A stretch of DNA of 64,000 nt, from the NCBI GenBank assembly GCA_000002435.2, contig CM018792.1, one strand, 5' to 3'. Positions 23,566 to 33,762 of this stretch are shown here, in pieces (position 1 is the stretch's first letter; each line of letters starts with the position of its first letter). A program made the translations under genes and the position numbers. The notes under the pieces are model-generated. The model worked only from the letters and a program-made list of their open reading frames with translations, was not told the DNA's origin and searched no databases. This DNA comes from Giardia intestinalis. Lineage: Eukaryota.

Positions 23566-26388
23566 ATGCGTTCACCAGCTGACCCCGCTGTCACTCGTCT
23601 GAGCGGATATGTAGCATATACCCTTGCAGGCTCCGGCATCGCAGGGTTCTGTGATGGTACATTACAGAGTTGCACCTTAGCAAAGCCTTCGCGCATAGCA
23701 TATGACCAATCCAGAGAAGCCTTCTTCATTTTAGACCAGCAACTAGTCCATGGTCTTAGAGTGATAACTAAGGATCTAGGCGTGCACACGCTTTCATGGC
23801 GGCCCGACTGCGTTCTCCGTGCTCCGCGTAGCCTCGCCATTCTAAACAATATCCTCCTTATCGCGGACACTGGCAACGGGTCTGTGAAATATTTACTGTT
23901 AACTAACTACTTCAAACTAAGTCAGAAGCGTTCTACGGTCCAGTTCTGCTCGTCTACTTGTGGGGTTCTTCGAACGCTTTCATTAGACGTCACGCAGCCA
24001 GTGGACATTCTGCCATATTCTCCCACAAGCTTTTTAGTCCTTGATGCTGTCCAGCGATCGCTTAAGCTGGTTCTCCTTGACATTTTTCTCGAGCAGCCAT
24101 CTGGAGAAGCTCTACTTGCCATCCAGGCAGTCGAAACTCTCTATGTCGGTGTTCTACGTCTTCCCAGTAATATGATTGATCTCTATAAGCGCAAATATCT
24201 ATTAGTTTCTGAGAAAGCGTCCTTGGTGGTCATTTCACTTGAAACAAAAAGGGGCGTAAAGTTCCGACTCAAATGTCGTTCGTCTTCTATGTCCCAAGCT
24301 AGCGAGAGCAGAATGCGATCTAAGGATGAACAACGTTGTGGTCAAAATGTAAAGCCAGATATTCATCAATCCTATCTATCCGAGCCTGAGCACATCAGCG
24401 GACTTTCTGCGTACAAGATGTCATCTACTCAGACGATTATATTTTTAGCAGATAGCCATACACATATGCTATATTACGCCATTCTCGATTTGCAGTCTAC
24501 TTTAGATTCTCTTGCCGAAGGAGCTCCAAAAGAGCCCACGGACGATCGCTACATAGACGTATATCAACTAACTAACCCTATGCGACGAAGTGGGTATCTG
24601 AATGGAGCGCTCAAAAAAGCAGAGTTTAGCAATCCTCAGGGTATCCTTGCATTTACATTAGATGGACAATTATGCATATCTGTTTGTGATACCGGAAATA
24701 GCGTCATCAGACTGATAGGGCCCGATTTCTTAAAACAAGAAAGAGAGCAGCCGGCGTATCTTCAAGTGCAAGCAAACAATCACGACCTTATACAAGGGAG
24801 GGTAAGAGCAGGAGCGGACAAGCATTTCCTTGCTCTTCGTAGAGTACTTCAGCAGACTAAGGTCCATAATATTAGCAGCGCTACCATAAGGAATACAGAT
24901 AAGAACAATCGGGTGTGTGCATCAATAGCCCTGCCGGCCCCTCCGTTACTTAAAGAAAAACACGAACATAATAAGCAGATTTTGTACCATTACCTGACCA
25001 AAGCAAATGTAACCCATGCTATTGATGGAGACATGCACCTAGATGCGTGCAGGCTTGAAGATCTTGATGAAAGTGACACTCCAAGTCTGACAAGTGAGGA
25101 CCCTCTGACAGCAGAGCTAGAGTCAATAGAGAAATCAGCAGAGACTATCGGGCACGCAGAACAAGCAAGAAGACCCTCATCAATCCATAAGACTCTACGT
25201 TCGTCTGGTAGAGCGAAGGCACATGCCGATGCATCTGTGCAGTATGAGTCAGAAAAGACGATCTCGACCGCTGACAGATCAACACAAGTGTTATCTGAAG
25301 TCGAACCTAAGCTTGGACAAGAATCTGACTCAAATCCAGACTCCTTTACGCCAGAATCACCAATCTCAGTTCAAGATTCACTGACCATTGATACAGAAAT
25401 ACCAGAAGTTCCTCCATCATGTTGTACCAGCGACGCGACAAAGTGGGAGTTCCAGATCATAGGACGCACATGGTTTGTTGTTCATAACTTTGACGAAAGC
25501 GGCTCCCTTGTAAAGCAGCTAGACGATCTTATGGATGAAAACCATTTGTTCGACATACATCAAAAGATAACGGGGCTTTCCACTGCAATCTTGGCGCAGA
25601 ATGATAGCAGACTGATCAAAGATCTCTTGCAGCTAGCGTTTTTATTTTTCAAAAAATTTTCCAATCTCAATGAGTACATTACCCTCTATCAATCTCTTCC
25701 ATTCCCAAAAAAATTTAAGCCGTCAATTAAATGCTTAATGCTGCTGCGGTGTATTTCGACTAACCGTCTGACCCAGCTCTCAGATGCTATGATAAATGAG
25801 ATTCTTTTACCACTGACTGCTCAGGGTTGGTTCTCCTCCACTTCAGCTGATATAAACTATTTGAGCCTCCTGGGATGGGGCAACGGATGGGCGATGGTTC
25901 TTGCCATTAAGCTTCTGGTGAGAGATACTCCAGTACCACTAACAAGGCCACCTGAGAATAAACTAAGCGTACACACCCCGGGGCACACAATACAGTCGGC
26001 ATTTGCTTTAGATCTCGAAGTCACCGATCCGGACTTCAGGCTCTCCGTTGCTGTCATTGTAACTGATGAAAGACTCGAAGGAAGGCAAGTCTTTGTTAAG
26101 GTTACAGATGGAATGGAGATTATGGCTCTAGAAAACTGCAAATTAACAAAAGTTCATAACCAGGAGCCATGCAGGCCTGTCTTATCTTCACATCTATCCT
26201 TGCCACTGACATCAGTTACTGACCTCATAATTAAAGTTTCGTGCGCAGATACAGTCATCAGAACACAAGTACCCATCAAGTCAATAGCAGAATTGAGTGA
26301 CATTGCTATAGACAAGGGCCTGGACTCAGGTCTAGTCCCTGCATGGGCAGTCAATCTAATGAAGTATACACTTATCGTTAGTCAATAA
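23566..26388 (+). CDS. Hypothetical protein, 940 aa, with NHL/beta-propeller-like repeats in the N-terminal half
   Basis: The ATG at 23566 is preceded by gaatcgattttttcaATG. Segments such as AGSGIAGFCDGTLQSCTLAKPSRIAYDQSREAFFILDQQLVHGLRVI and YLNGALKKAEFSNPQGILAFTLDGQLCISVCDTGNSVIRLIG resemble NHL repeats. The C-terminal half has no recognisable domain. Confidence 0.65.
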   Translation: MRSPADPAVTRLSGYVAYTLAGSGIAGFCDGTLQSCTLAKPSRIAYDQSREAFFILDQQLVHGLRVITKDLGVHTLSWRPDCVLRAPRSLAILNNILLIADTGNGSVKYLLLTNYFKLSQKRSTVQFCSSTCGVLRTLSLDVTQPVDILPYSPTSFLVLDAVQRSLKLVLLDIFLEQPSGEALLAIQAVETLYVGVLRLPSNMIDLYKRKYLLVSEKASLVVISLETKRGVKFRLKCRSSSMSQASESRMRSKDEQRCGQNVKPDIHQSYLSEPEHISGLSAYKMSSTQTIIFLADSHTHMLYYAILDLQSTLDSLAEGAPKEPTDDRYIDVYQLTNPMRRSGYLNGALKKAEFSNPQGILAFTLDGQLCISVCDTGNSVIRLIGPDFLKQEREQPAYLQVQANNHDLIQGRVRAGADKHFLALRRVLQQTKVHNISSATIRNTDKNNRVCASIALPAPPLLKEKHEHNKQILYHYLTKANVTHAIDGDMHLDACRLEDLDESDTPSLTSEDPLTAELESIEKSAETIGHAEQARRPSSIHKTLRSSGRAKAHADASVQYESEKTISTADRSTQVLSEVEPKLGQESDSNPDSFTPESPISVQDSLTIDTEIPEVPPSCCTSDATKWEFQIIGRTWFVVHNFDESGSLVKQLDDLMDENHLFDIHQKITGLSTAILAQNDSRLIKDLLQLAFLFFKKFSNLNEYITLYQSLPFPKKFKPSIKCLMLLRCISTNRLTQLSDAMINEILLPLTAQGWFSSTSADINYLSLLGWGNGWAMVLAIKLLVRDTPVPLTRPPENKLSVHTPGHTIQSAFALDLEVTDPDFRLSVAVIVTDERLEGRQVFVKVTDGMEIMALENCKLTKVHNQEPCRPVLSSHLSLPLTSVTDLIIKVSCADTVIRTQVPIKSIAELSDIAIDKGLDSGLVPAWAVNLMKYTLIVSQ

Positions 26389-26416
26389 CAGTTTAATAGA
26401 TTATGGAGACAGTGTG

Positions 26417-27109
26417 TTAAAGTCTGCGCCTGGTGCTTGCAGGCCAAAAGCCCGATTCTGCTCCTCGTGGCCCGCTAACACCCGATGGCTTGAAGTAAGT
26501 TCTATCGAAAAGTTCGTCGAAGGGGCTCTTTTTCTTGGGCACTGTTGTGTTCTGGGTATGAGGTGGTTCTACTGATAGACTGGATTTTGTAGTGCAACCC
26601 TTTTGGTGTCTTACGTATTCAGAAGAGTAGTCGACTGGAACGGCTGTAAAAGGTCTGACAACAGTTTTCAGCTGGGCAGAACTGAACGACTTATGCAAGG
26701 GACTGTCCAATATCTCTGGCTTGACCAATTTCTCCGAGCGTACCCGCATTGATATAGTAGGGGTGAACTCACGTTGATATGATGTCTGATGTGGTATAGC
26801 CTCGTTATATGCGGGTAACGGCCCCGGAGGCTGCAAGTAAGGAAGTTGGCGACGAAAGATGGGTGTTACAAAGGCCTTACTATTCCTTCTGTTCTCATAC
26901 GTATTATCGTACCATTTCAAGTCCCTGGGATCTCTTCTGTGACTCAGGTGTTGTAGACTGGGAGCTGAACTGCTAAGATAGGCAGCGTTCCAAGCCGCAG
27001 CAGAGTCAGTGCTATTTCGTGGGATTTTAACGATAGGGTCCAAGCAGCCGTGATTTCCACAGATGCATGGAGATGAGCCTATACGACCCAAACCATTCGA
27101 AGAATCCAT
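26417..27109 (-). CDS. Hypothetical low-complexity (Ser/Pro-rich) protein, 230 aa
   Basis: There is an ATG-to-stop ORF with the ATG at 27109..27107, but no strong AT-rich initiator directly upstream and no recognisable domain. Confidence 0.35.
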   Translation of the reverse strand: MDSSNGLGRIGSSPCICGNHGCLDPIVKIPRNSTDSAAAWNAAYLSSSAPSLQHLSHRRDPRDLKWYDNTYENRRNSKAFVTPIFRRQLPYLQPPGPLPAYNEAIPHQTSYQREFTPTISMRVRSEKLVKPEILDSPLHKSFSSAQLKTVVRPFTAVPVDYSSEYVRHQKGCTTKSSLSVEPPHTQNTTVPKKKSPFDELFDRTYFKPSGVSGPRGAESGFWPASTRRRL

Positions 27110-27241
27110 ACGCTTGAGCAGAGGACTCCAAGGGGTCGATCCGCCAATTATGAAATTTTGAGCTTTCTAATTGCAAATTCACAAGACTTAATGCCAAGTG
27201 CATCCATGCACCATCTAGCAGCGACTTTTCCGAGGATGGTG

Positions 27242-28081
27242 TCAGTTATAGAAGTATGTATTTCCCAAGTCCGGCCGAAAGTGACAATAGGAGGATGAGG
27301 ATTGCCTGTACTCAGGTCTGTAGAGCTTTGGGTTTATGTGGCAGGAGTCGCTCACAGAGGATGTCCTGAAGGACCCTGGCATGGAGATAAATCCATCTTC
27401 AAAGCCGTTGGGGTTCAAATGGGCACGTCTCTTGCCGTTGGTAAAAGCAACATGTGAACGATGTGGGGCGCTTATAGGGGGTCGAATATCGCCGCTATCC
27501 GTCCAACAATCTGGCCCCCGTACTCCGTAGCCAGAAGTACTTGATCCGTGGGTGCCATCGGACTGAGGACGCGATGAATATTGAGAGGTAGATGAGTGTC
27601 GACGTGGTCTCTCTGATAGTGCCTCATGTTTAGCAGATGAAGTATATCCTGTATGCGCGGAATAGGTTGTTCGAGGACGACGGTGTACATTCTCCTTTAC
27701 AACGGAATGCAGGGTCGAAGACATGTACGGCTGGACTTGATCTGAGGGATACCTGTGTAAAGTGGGGGCGTACGGACCGCTTCGCCTGATAAGTATGGCG
27801 CCCGGGTTGTTGTCGATAGTTGCGGTTGCGGTTGCAGACTCAGCTGCAGATGCTCGTTGGATAGCAAGCTGAAGAGGGGACTGGTAAGGTATTCCGGTTG
27901 CACGGCAGTGTGCCATACGTCGGGCTTCGCGGACAAGCAGGTGAACTAGCTCTTGCTTAGACAGCTCATTGCTGAGAATGCACCCAGTCTGCTGTTTCCT
28001 ACCAGCGCTATGGTGCGTCGAAGACGGCCAAGAGAAACACGGAGAAGAGGACACGCTGGGAGGACATCCTGGGCACCGCAT
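27242..28081 (-). CDS. Hypothetical Ser-rich protein, 279 aa
   Basis: The ATG at 28081..28079 is preceded by gcaaaataaaATG, a classic initiator. The stop TGA is at 27242..27244. No domain recognised. Confidence 0.45.
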   Translation of the reverse strand: MRCPGCPPSVSSSPCFSWPSSTHHSAGRKQQTGCILSNELSKQELVHLLVREARRMAHCRATGIPYQSPLQLAIQRASAAESATATATIDNNPGAILIRRSGPYAPTLHRYPSDQVQPYMSSTLHSVVKENVHRRPRTTYSAHTGYTSSAKHEALSERPRRHSSTSQYSSRPQSDGTHGSSTSGYGVRGPDCWTDSGDIRPPISAPHRSHVAFTNGKRRAHLNPNGFEDGFISMPGSFRTSSVSDSCHINPKLYRPEYRQSSSSYCHFRPDLGNTYFYN

Positions 28082-28293
28082 TTTATTTTGCGATCGTCGA
28101 CGCTAATGTACCTACCAGATTTTAAAAAGAGCTACTTGTCGCAGACATTTACACGTAGGGCAATTGTAGCGCACAGAGAAGTTAGTACTGCCTAGCTGAC
28201 GCACCTGCAAACACTGGGTTCAACAGAATCTATAGAAACAAAACTAAAATAAAGATCGCGTCTGAGCCAGCGCTTGTGAAGGAGCTCTGATGA

Positions 28294-29388
28294 TCATGAA
28301 CATCCGGCAGGTCCGTGACACCCCATAAACCGGCAAGCAGTGGATACAGTTGGCAGATATTCCAGAGATGCCCTTTGCCCGGCTATGTCATTGAGATCCA
28401 TTCGGCAGCGACTCATAGGGAGTGCTGATGCCTTGAAGGAGTTTATCCCGCTAGAAAAGTTGTTGAACATGACGCGCGCCTCCTCTGCCTCTTGTTCGCG
28501 CCTCTGCTGCTTCTCCCACTCTGAGAGACACCGCCTTTGTTTTGGCGGCTCCACAAAGAGCTCTCGCTTTATCGGTTGTATAGTTTCATGATGCCACTCA
28601 GAGTAGCCAGGCTTAAAGACATTTTCAGGATGATTGGGGTATCTAGGGTACTTGAGTATAGTTGCGTTAGGTCCGAACTTCCTTGTGCTTCTGTCTCTCC
28701 CATCGTGGGTTGCGCAGTACGGATCAAACATGGTAGTGCAGTGTTCTCGTATTACCGCCTCTGTTTCAGCGGGATACTCGATTTCTTGCCGAACGCAGAG
28801 TCCAGTATTCGACCTTGGCTGTGTTTCTGTCTTTGCCGCTAGTGGTTGGGGCAAGCGCTGCTTGGACGTCCGCGAACATGGAGGCTTGTATTCGAAGTCA
28901 AGGGGGTTTAGCACTGTGCCTATATTTATTTCACCGGTCCTGCTCGGCGCGGAATCTTGGTCCAGTAGCATTGTTGCATTCGGTGTCAGGGGCCGCCCTT
29001 GGGCCTTTTGTGACTCTGTACCCCACTCCTGTGCCTTGAGGCTTTGGGTGTCCGGAATGCCTTGAGATTGTTTCATTGTAGGGCGGTGAGAGCTGAGGAG
29101 GCGGCCGGTTTCCTCAGCAGTGAGGGAGCTGGTCACGACTGGGGTCCTGGGAGGCTCTTTCAAAGGAATAGTATTCATAATAAGCTCTCTGTAGTTAGTT
29201 GGGGTGCGGTGTATATTTGTCCGGACCCGATGGGTATACAGCTGTTGTTGGAACGGGATGCATTTGTAAGGCAAATGGGGGAATGTTATACACTGTGCGC
29301 AGTTGCAAGGTCCCCCTTGATACCCGCATCCGTGATTCTTAGCATTCAGAGGCGACGGCCCGTTATAGCTCATTTTTTGAATTATCAT
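28294..29388 (-). CDS. Hypothetical protein, about 364 aa from the first ATG
   Basis: The ORF track starts at a TTG (29484). In-frame ATGs at 29388 and 29373 (MIIQKMSYNGPSP...) are each preceded by AT-rich sequence (tgataattcaaaaaATG). The stop TGA is at 28294..28296. Confidence 0.45.
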   Translation of the reverse strand: MIIQKMSYNGPSPLNAKNHGCGYQGGPCNCAQCITFPHLPYKCIPFQQQLYTHRVRTNIHRTPTNYRELIMNTIPLKEPPRTPVVTSSLTAEETGRLLSSHRPTMKQSQGIPDTQSLKAQEWGTESQKAQGRPLTPNATMLLDQDSAPSRTGEINIGTVLNPLDFEYKPPCSRTSKQRLPQPLAAKTETQPRSNTGLCVRQEIEYPAETEAVIREHCTTMFDPYCATHDGRDRSTRKFGPNATILKYPRYPNHPENVFKPGYSEWHHETIQPIKRELFVEPPKQRRCLSEWEKQQRREQEAEEARVMFNNFSSGINSFKASALPMSRCRMDLNDIAGQRASLEYLPTVSTACRFMGCHGPAGCS

Positions 29389-29559
29389 TAGCGATAAATT
29401 TTTGCGCAAAGTTGCGCTTTCGGATACTGTGGGCCGAGAACCATAGCCTAAGCGTTTACTGTGAATTGACGGAGTATAGTACAAAGGCTACCAGTTTTCA
29501 GTTAGTGGACTTGGCGCACTCAATCCATTAATAGGGTATAAGCATGGTTGAGAAGGTTA

Positions 29560-30915
29560 TTACGTGTTTGAAAGAAGCCGGGGATTATATACAGTATTGT
29601 CCAGAAGGGTTTTGACGGTTCTGGCTGCTTCACGGTATTCAACAAATCGTGCCTTGGACGGTTGGGAAGAAAGGTCTGTCGTTGCTGGCCGTACTTCAAA
29701 AACCGGCGACTCAGCGAAGTAGAGGTTTTTAGATATCCGAGTTCTGTCTGGGTCTCTGTCGTGCTGAAGCCCAAGAGACTCTCGAAGACAGTCGCGCTCA
29801 AGAATCTTCAAGCGGCGAGATTTTTCATCAGCCATTTGCTTTAGCGTGGTCAAGCAGGCCTCCTCGCGCCCCCACATATCCATCCGCTGGTTCTGATCTC
29901 GCTGTAAAGAGTTAACTATCCTTTGTTGCTCATTCATAAACCACTGATGCTTCTTATCTGCTTTCGGATCTCTAGAGAGATACTGCCGGCGCCAGGCGTC
30001 GTATTTTGGATTAGACTCTACGAGGGATGAAGTACTGCGGCCCAGGGTTCCCGTTGGCGTGCAACACTTACAATACCCTGTGTCATTGTTGTCTAAGGAA
30101 GGCGTAGAGTGGTCAGAAAGGTCTATCTTATCTACTGGCACGTCAGCATTTTCGGTGGTACAATTGTTAGAACAGGGCAGGGCATCACTCTCCCTAGTAG
30201 TCTTTGCGTTAGACGTATTTATCATAGGACACTTGAATGGGAAGCTTTTAGTGAGGTCCTTGCAGCATAGAGAGCCTTGGCGCACATTCGGAGGCACACA
30301 TATCGCCTTCGTTAGTTTGCTGGAGCACGGTACCGGCGGATTGCAGTCGAGATGGCAGTTGAATTGCTCAAAAGAAGGGAGAGTTGTACGCAATCCGCCT
30401 AGCTTGGACCCATCTGACCTGTAAACCTGTGGGTGTGTGCGTGGTTTGCTCTGTAACACCGTGCCGTCTGCTAAGTAAGTTCGCCGCGAAGTATCTCCTC
30501 CACAGGCCTCTGCGCGGACAAGATTGCGAAACATGACTTGCTGTGCCTGGAAGTCAGAGTCGTCCTTATTCAGTTCCCAAAGGCGATGGCATGCATTGCG
30601 CCTAGCATAATCCTTGTAGTCACTCTCAAGATAGGCTAGTCGCTTTCCAGTGCTATACAGGTCGTGGCCAATGTGTCTCATCCGCTTTTGCATACATGTG
30701 CATCCCTCGTAGCAGCCGTTGTCACACTTGGGGCACTTTCCAGCGTGTGTTGCATAACAGTATTCCGGGGGGATCATTCGCTTTTTAAGATTTGCCGCCA
30801 TGGTGTAGCCTCTGCGCATTAATTTACTCATGTCCATACAATCACAAAGAGAGCTTGTGTACATCACTTTGCTGCGGAAGGGGGGAGATCCTTGCAGTCC
30901 CAAATGCTCTTGCAT
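29560..30915 (-). CDS. Hypothetical Cys-rich protein, at most 451 aa. The true start may be an internal ATG (30864 or 30777).
   Basis: The first ATG (30915..30913) lies inside the 3' end of the upstream same-strand gene. The ATG at 30864..30862 forms TGATG with that gene's stop codon. The ATG at 30777 follows cttaaaaagcgaATG. The protein contains CPKCDNGCYEGCTCMQ and several other CxxC pairs. The stop TAA is at 29560..29562. Confidence 0.5.
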   Translation of the reverse strand: MQEHLGLQGSPPFRSKVMYTSSLCDCMDMSKLMRRGYTMAANLKKRMIPPEYCYATHAGKCPKCDNGCYEGCTCMQKRMRHIGHDLYSTGKRLAYLESDYKDYARRNACHRLWELNKDDSDFQAQQVMFRNLVRAEACGGDTSRRTYLADGTVLQSKPRTHPQVYRSDGSKLGGLRTTLPSFEQFNCHLDCNPPVPCSSKLTKAICVPPNVRQGSLCCKDLTKSFPFKCPMINTSNAKTTRESDALPCSNNCTTENADVPVDKIDLSDHSTPSLDNNDTGYCKCCTPTGTLGRSTSSLVESNPKYDAWRRQYLSRDPKADKKHQWFMNEQQRIVNSLQRDQNQRMDMWGREEACLTTLKQMADEKSRRLKILERDCLRESLGLQHDRDPDRTRISKNLYFAESPVFEVRPATTDLSSQPSKARFVEYREAARTVKTLLDNTVYNPRLLSNT

Positions 30916-31766
30916 GTCCTCTGGCCCATATATTCGATGTCATGCCTGTAAGGGACAGTCGCGTGACTAGATATCTGCTCATTAAAGTCTGCTTCATACG
31001 CTCTCACCATTCCTAGGCGACCCTTCGTGGCGAGGACAGTCTTAGGTATGCCCTTACGTTCCTCGTTCAATAGCCGACGAAGCTCCTCGTTATCCTCTAG
31101 GAGAGCTATCTCTTGTGCGCGGAGGTCCTGGACAAGTTGTTCTTTCTGAAGGCGGTCGCGGTTGAGTTCGTCCATCTCGCAGATGTTCCGCTCTCGGGCT
31201 TCTCGTACCTTATTGCCCATCTTCATGGTGTAGGCGCGCTTAAGATCCAAGCTATCGAGCGTCTCCTGGAGCCTATCCGACTTTACCTGGGTCAGATAAG
31301 CATCGCGCCGTACACGAAGATCCTCCAGCTGCTCCTTAGAATCTTGCCGCACGTCTGCAGCGAGTTGCTTGTTGCGTAGTAAAACATTCTGCCGTGCTGT
31401 ACGTGCTTTGGCAAGAGTCGTGAGCTTGTTTTCTTCGTTCACATCATGTTGGATTTCTATCCCGATCTGCTTGGCAATCCTACGATCTGTACGCTCTAGT
31501 TCGTCTTGCAAGTGTCTCTGTTTCCGACGGACGGCCTCCACCTTCAATCTCTTTAGCAGCTCTATCTCGTCCTGGATTGCGCGGGCATCCCGGATAAGAT
31601 GGTTTCTGTGCGAGTTGAGAGCTTTAATCGTAGTATCTGCTTCCCGGACAGCGTGCTTTGTCTGGCTAGCATAGCTGGTATGGAGGTATGGATCGTGGGC
31701 AGGCTTCCACGGCTTTAGAGGCGCAGTGTGCATTTTTGATTCAGTATTACTTTCAATTAGCCGCAT
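30864..31766 (-). CDS. Hypothetical coiled-coil protein, 300 aa
   Basis: The ATG at 31766..31764 is preceded by gcaataaaagttaaaattaATG. There is a long charged heptad region (ELLKRLKVEAVRRKQRHLQDELERTDRRIAKQ...). The stop TGA is at 30864..30866. Confidence 0.6.
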   Translation of the reverse strand: MRLIESNTESKMHTAPLKPWKPAHDPYLHTSYASQTKHAVREADTTIKALNSHRNHLIRDARAIQDEIELLKRLKVEAVRRKQRHLQDELERTDRRIAKQIGIEIQHDVNEENKLTTLAKARTARQNVLLRNKQLAADVRQDSKEQLEDLRVRRDAYLTQVKSDRLQETLDSLDLKRAYTMKMGNKVREARERNICEMDELNRDRLQKEQLVQDLRAQEIALLEDNEELRRLLNEERKGIPKTVLATKGRLGMVRAYEADFNEQISSHATVPYRHDIEYMGQRTCKSIWDCKDLPPSAAK

Positions 31767-31816
31767 TAATTTTAACTTTTATTGCACAGAAGAAGTCGAA
31801 GAAAAAGTAAAAGGAT
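31767..31816. promoter_or_regulatory. AT-rich bidirectional initiator region between divergent genes
   Basis: A 50-bp spacer (taattttaacttttattgcacagaagaagtcgaagaaaaagtaaaaggat) lies between the minus-strand ATG at 31766 and the plus-strand ATG at 31817. Confidence 0.4.
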
Positions 31817-33745
31817 ATGTTTAAACAGGGCGGGAAGCAGGGGCCCGTTGTCGAAAAGCGTCCAAAGAACTGTCCTAATGATGGCTTCCTGGGCTCCACC
31901 CTTACTATTGGGGGACGCTCCTTGCTAGTCACTAAGTTTTTGGCACAGGGAGGATTTGCCTTTGTCTACGTAGCAACGAACCCCATGAACGTGAACGAGG
32001 TCTATGCGGTCAAGCGAATGATTATACAAACTAGTGCTGCCCTTAAGGACTGCCTGATGGAGACTTATTACCACGTCTGCTTCAATAGTCATCCCAATGT
32101 TGTCAAGCTCTACGCCGCCCGGATTGCAGGACACGAGACCCAGTTGTCTCCAAGTGCTGTTGCTGAACTTTGCAACGCACGCCTCCAAATTCCATCGGAA
32201 ATTGTTCTTTTGATGGAGCTGTGCGTGGGAGGATCCATAGTCGATGTCATGCAGCGGGCACCGAACAGTAAGTTCACTGAAGACTTCATATGGAATGCCT
32301 TTGGCCGTGTGGTTTCGGCCGTTTGCATGATGAGCTCTATGGGCATCATAAACCGCGACCTCAAAATCGAGAACCTTCTGATGTCTTATCCCCTCGACGA
32401 GCATATTTCTCCGGGACAGCTTACGGCCAAGCACGCAGAGTATCTCAAGGTTTGTGACTTCGGGTCGTGTACCAAGGCCCAATACCCCGACGGGAGTGTG
32501 TTTACAAAGGATCTGGCCCTGAGGACAGCCGTGGAAAACGAGATACAGAAAAAGACAACGCCGTCCTATCGTGCACCTGAAATGATTGATTTCTTTGCAA
32601 AATTTCCAATTACCATTCGAAGTGATGTCTTTGCTCTTGGAGTGATGCTTTATCGAATGATGTACTTTACTCTTCCGTTCCCTGATGGCGAGGTTCTTGC
32701 TAATTTTAACTGCAAGTACAGACTGCCTACGTCACCTGGGTACTCTGAAGATCTTAAGCGTTTAATCTCTGTCTCATTAGTTAAAGATCCTATGCAGCGC
32801 GCCGACGTTTGGTACCTTGCTGAAGCAATCCAGGCCAAGACGGGGATTCAATTTACTCCTCGGCCGGCCGATCTGATGTCTCCACAGTTAATGACCCAGA
32901 GTATTGGGTCTCCTCCTCAGGATATTCTTCTTTCTGCTCAACTGCCGCAACAACCCATGGGTTCAAATACCACGCCGGTCTTTGACTTCAGTGCCCTACC
33001 CCCGCAGAACCAGGGCCAGGGCTTGACGCGAGAGTCTTCCTGTGTCTCTGTTGCTTCCACCGAGGACACACCTCTCTTTGGCTTTGAAGCGATGGCTAAA
33101 AAGGATAGTCATGCTAAGGCCGGCGGGGGAGCCCCCAATAGCGGCGATACTTTTGGCTTGCAGGTTAAAAAGTCGTCCTTAGCCGCCGCGCAAGGTTTCC
33201 AGCTCTCTTCTGGATCCACTGCGCCCGCCTTTCGTGCTGGCGGAGGAGCTGGTAGCGCTGTACAGCCAGCGCTATCTCTCCCATCACCCTCCACAGCCAA
33301 AGGGCTGCCAAACTTCAACTTCAATGGAAAGCCTATGTTCTCGACACAACAGTCGCAAGCTCCTCCGCAACTTCAAGCTCAGCCTATGGCTTCTAGTCCA
33401 CCTGCTATGCTTAGCAATCCTCCGGTACCTGTTCCAAGTGTGCAGCCTAATATGAATTCCTTATTAGATTTCTTTAGCTCAGGATCTGAACCCTCACCTT
33501 CTCCGCAACAGCCCCCAGTTCAGCAACCACAGGTTCCCACCCAGAACCCAGGAAATCCAACGCTCGACTTGTTTGGATGGGGGAATCAGGCTACTCCGTT
33601 TACTCCTTTTGAACAACCAAAGATTCCGGCGCAGGATCAAGCTGTGTTCAATATGATGACGCCAGAACAGCAGAAGGTCTACACACAGCAGCTGCAAATG
33701 CAGCAGATGTTTTGTATGCCAAATGTGTCCCAAGGGAATAAATAG
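31817..33745 (+). CDS. NAK-family Ser/Thr kinase (AAK1/GAK/Ark1-Prk1-like), 642 aa, with a Pro/Gln-rich C-terminal tail
   Basis: The kinase domain has LAQGGFAFVYVA, VYAVKRM, IINRDLKIENLLM (Asn replaces the His of HRD), and KVCDFGSCT...TPSYRAPEMID. Those are typical of the NAK family (LAEGGFA..., KLCDFGSAT). The low-complexity PQQ/PS-rich tail resembles endocytic adaptor-kinase tails. The stop TAG is at 33743..33745. Confidence 0.8.
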   Translation: MFKQGGKQGPVVEKRPKNCPNDGFLGSTLTIGGRSLLVTKFLAQGGFAFVYVATNPMNVNEVYAVKRMIIQTSAALKDCLMETYYHVCFNSHPNVVKLYAARIAGHETQLSPSAVAELCNARLQIPSEIVLLMELCVGGSIVDVMQRAPNSKFTEDFIWNAFGRVVSAVCMMSSMGIINRDLKIENLLMSYPLDEHISPGQLTAKHAEYLKVCDFGSCTKAQYPDGSVFTKDLALRTAVENEIQKKTTPSYRAPEMIDFFAKFPITIRSDVFALGVMLYRMMYFTLPFPDGEVLANFNCKYRLPTSPGYSEDLKRLISVSLVKDPMQRADVWYLAEAIQAKTGIQFTPRPADLMSPQLMTQSIGSPPQDILLSAQLPQQPMGSNTTPVFDFSALPPQNQGQGLTRESSCVSVASTEDTPLFGFEAMAKKDSHAKAGGGAPNSGDTFGLQVKKSSLAAAQGFQLSSGSTAPAFRAGGGAGSAVQPALSLPSPSTAKGLPNFNFNGKPMFSTQQSQAPPQLQAQPMASSPPAMLSNPPVPVPSVQPNMNSLLDFFSSGSEPSPSPQQPPVQQPQVPTQNPGNPTLDLFGWGNQATPFTPFEQPKIPAQDQAVFNMMTPEQQKVYTQQLQMQQMFCMPNVSQGNK

Positions 33746-33762
33746 CGCTTGTGTACACTGAT

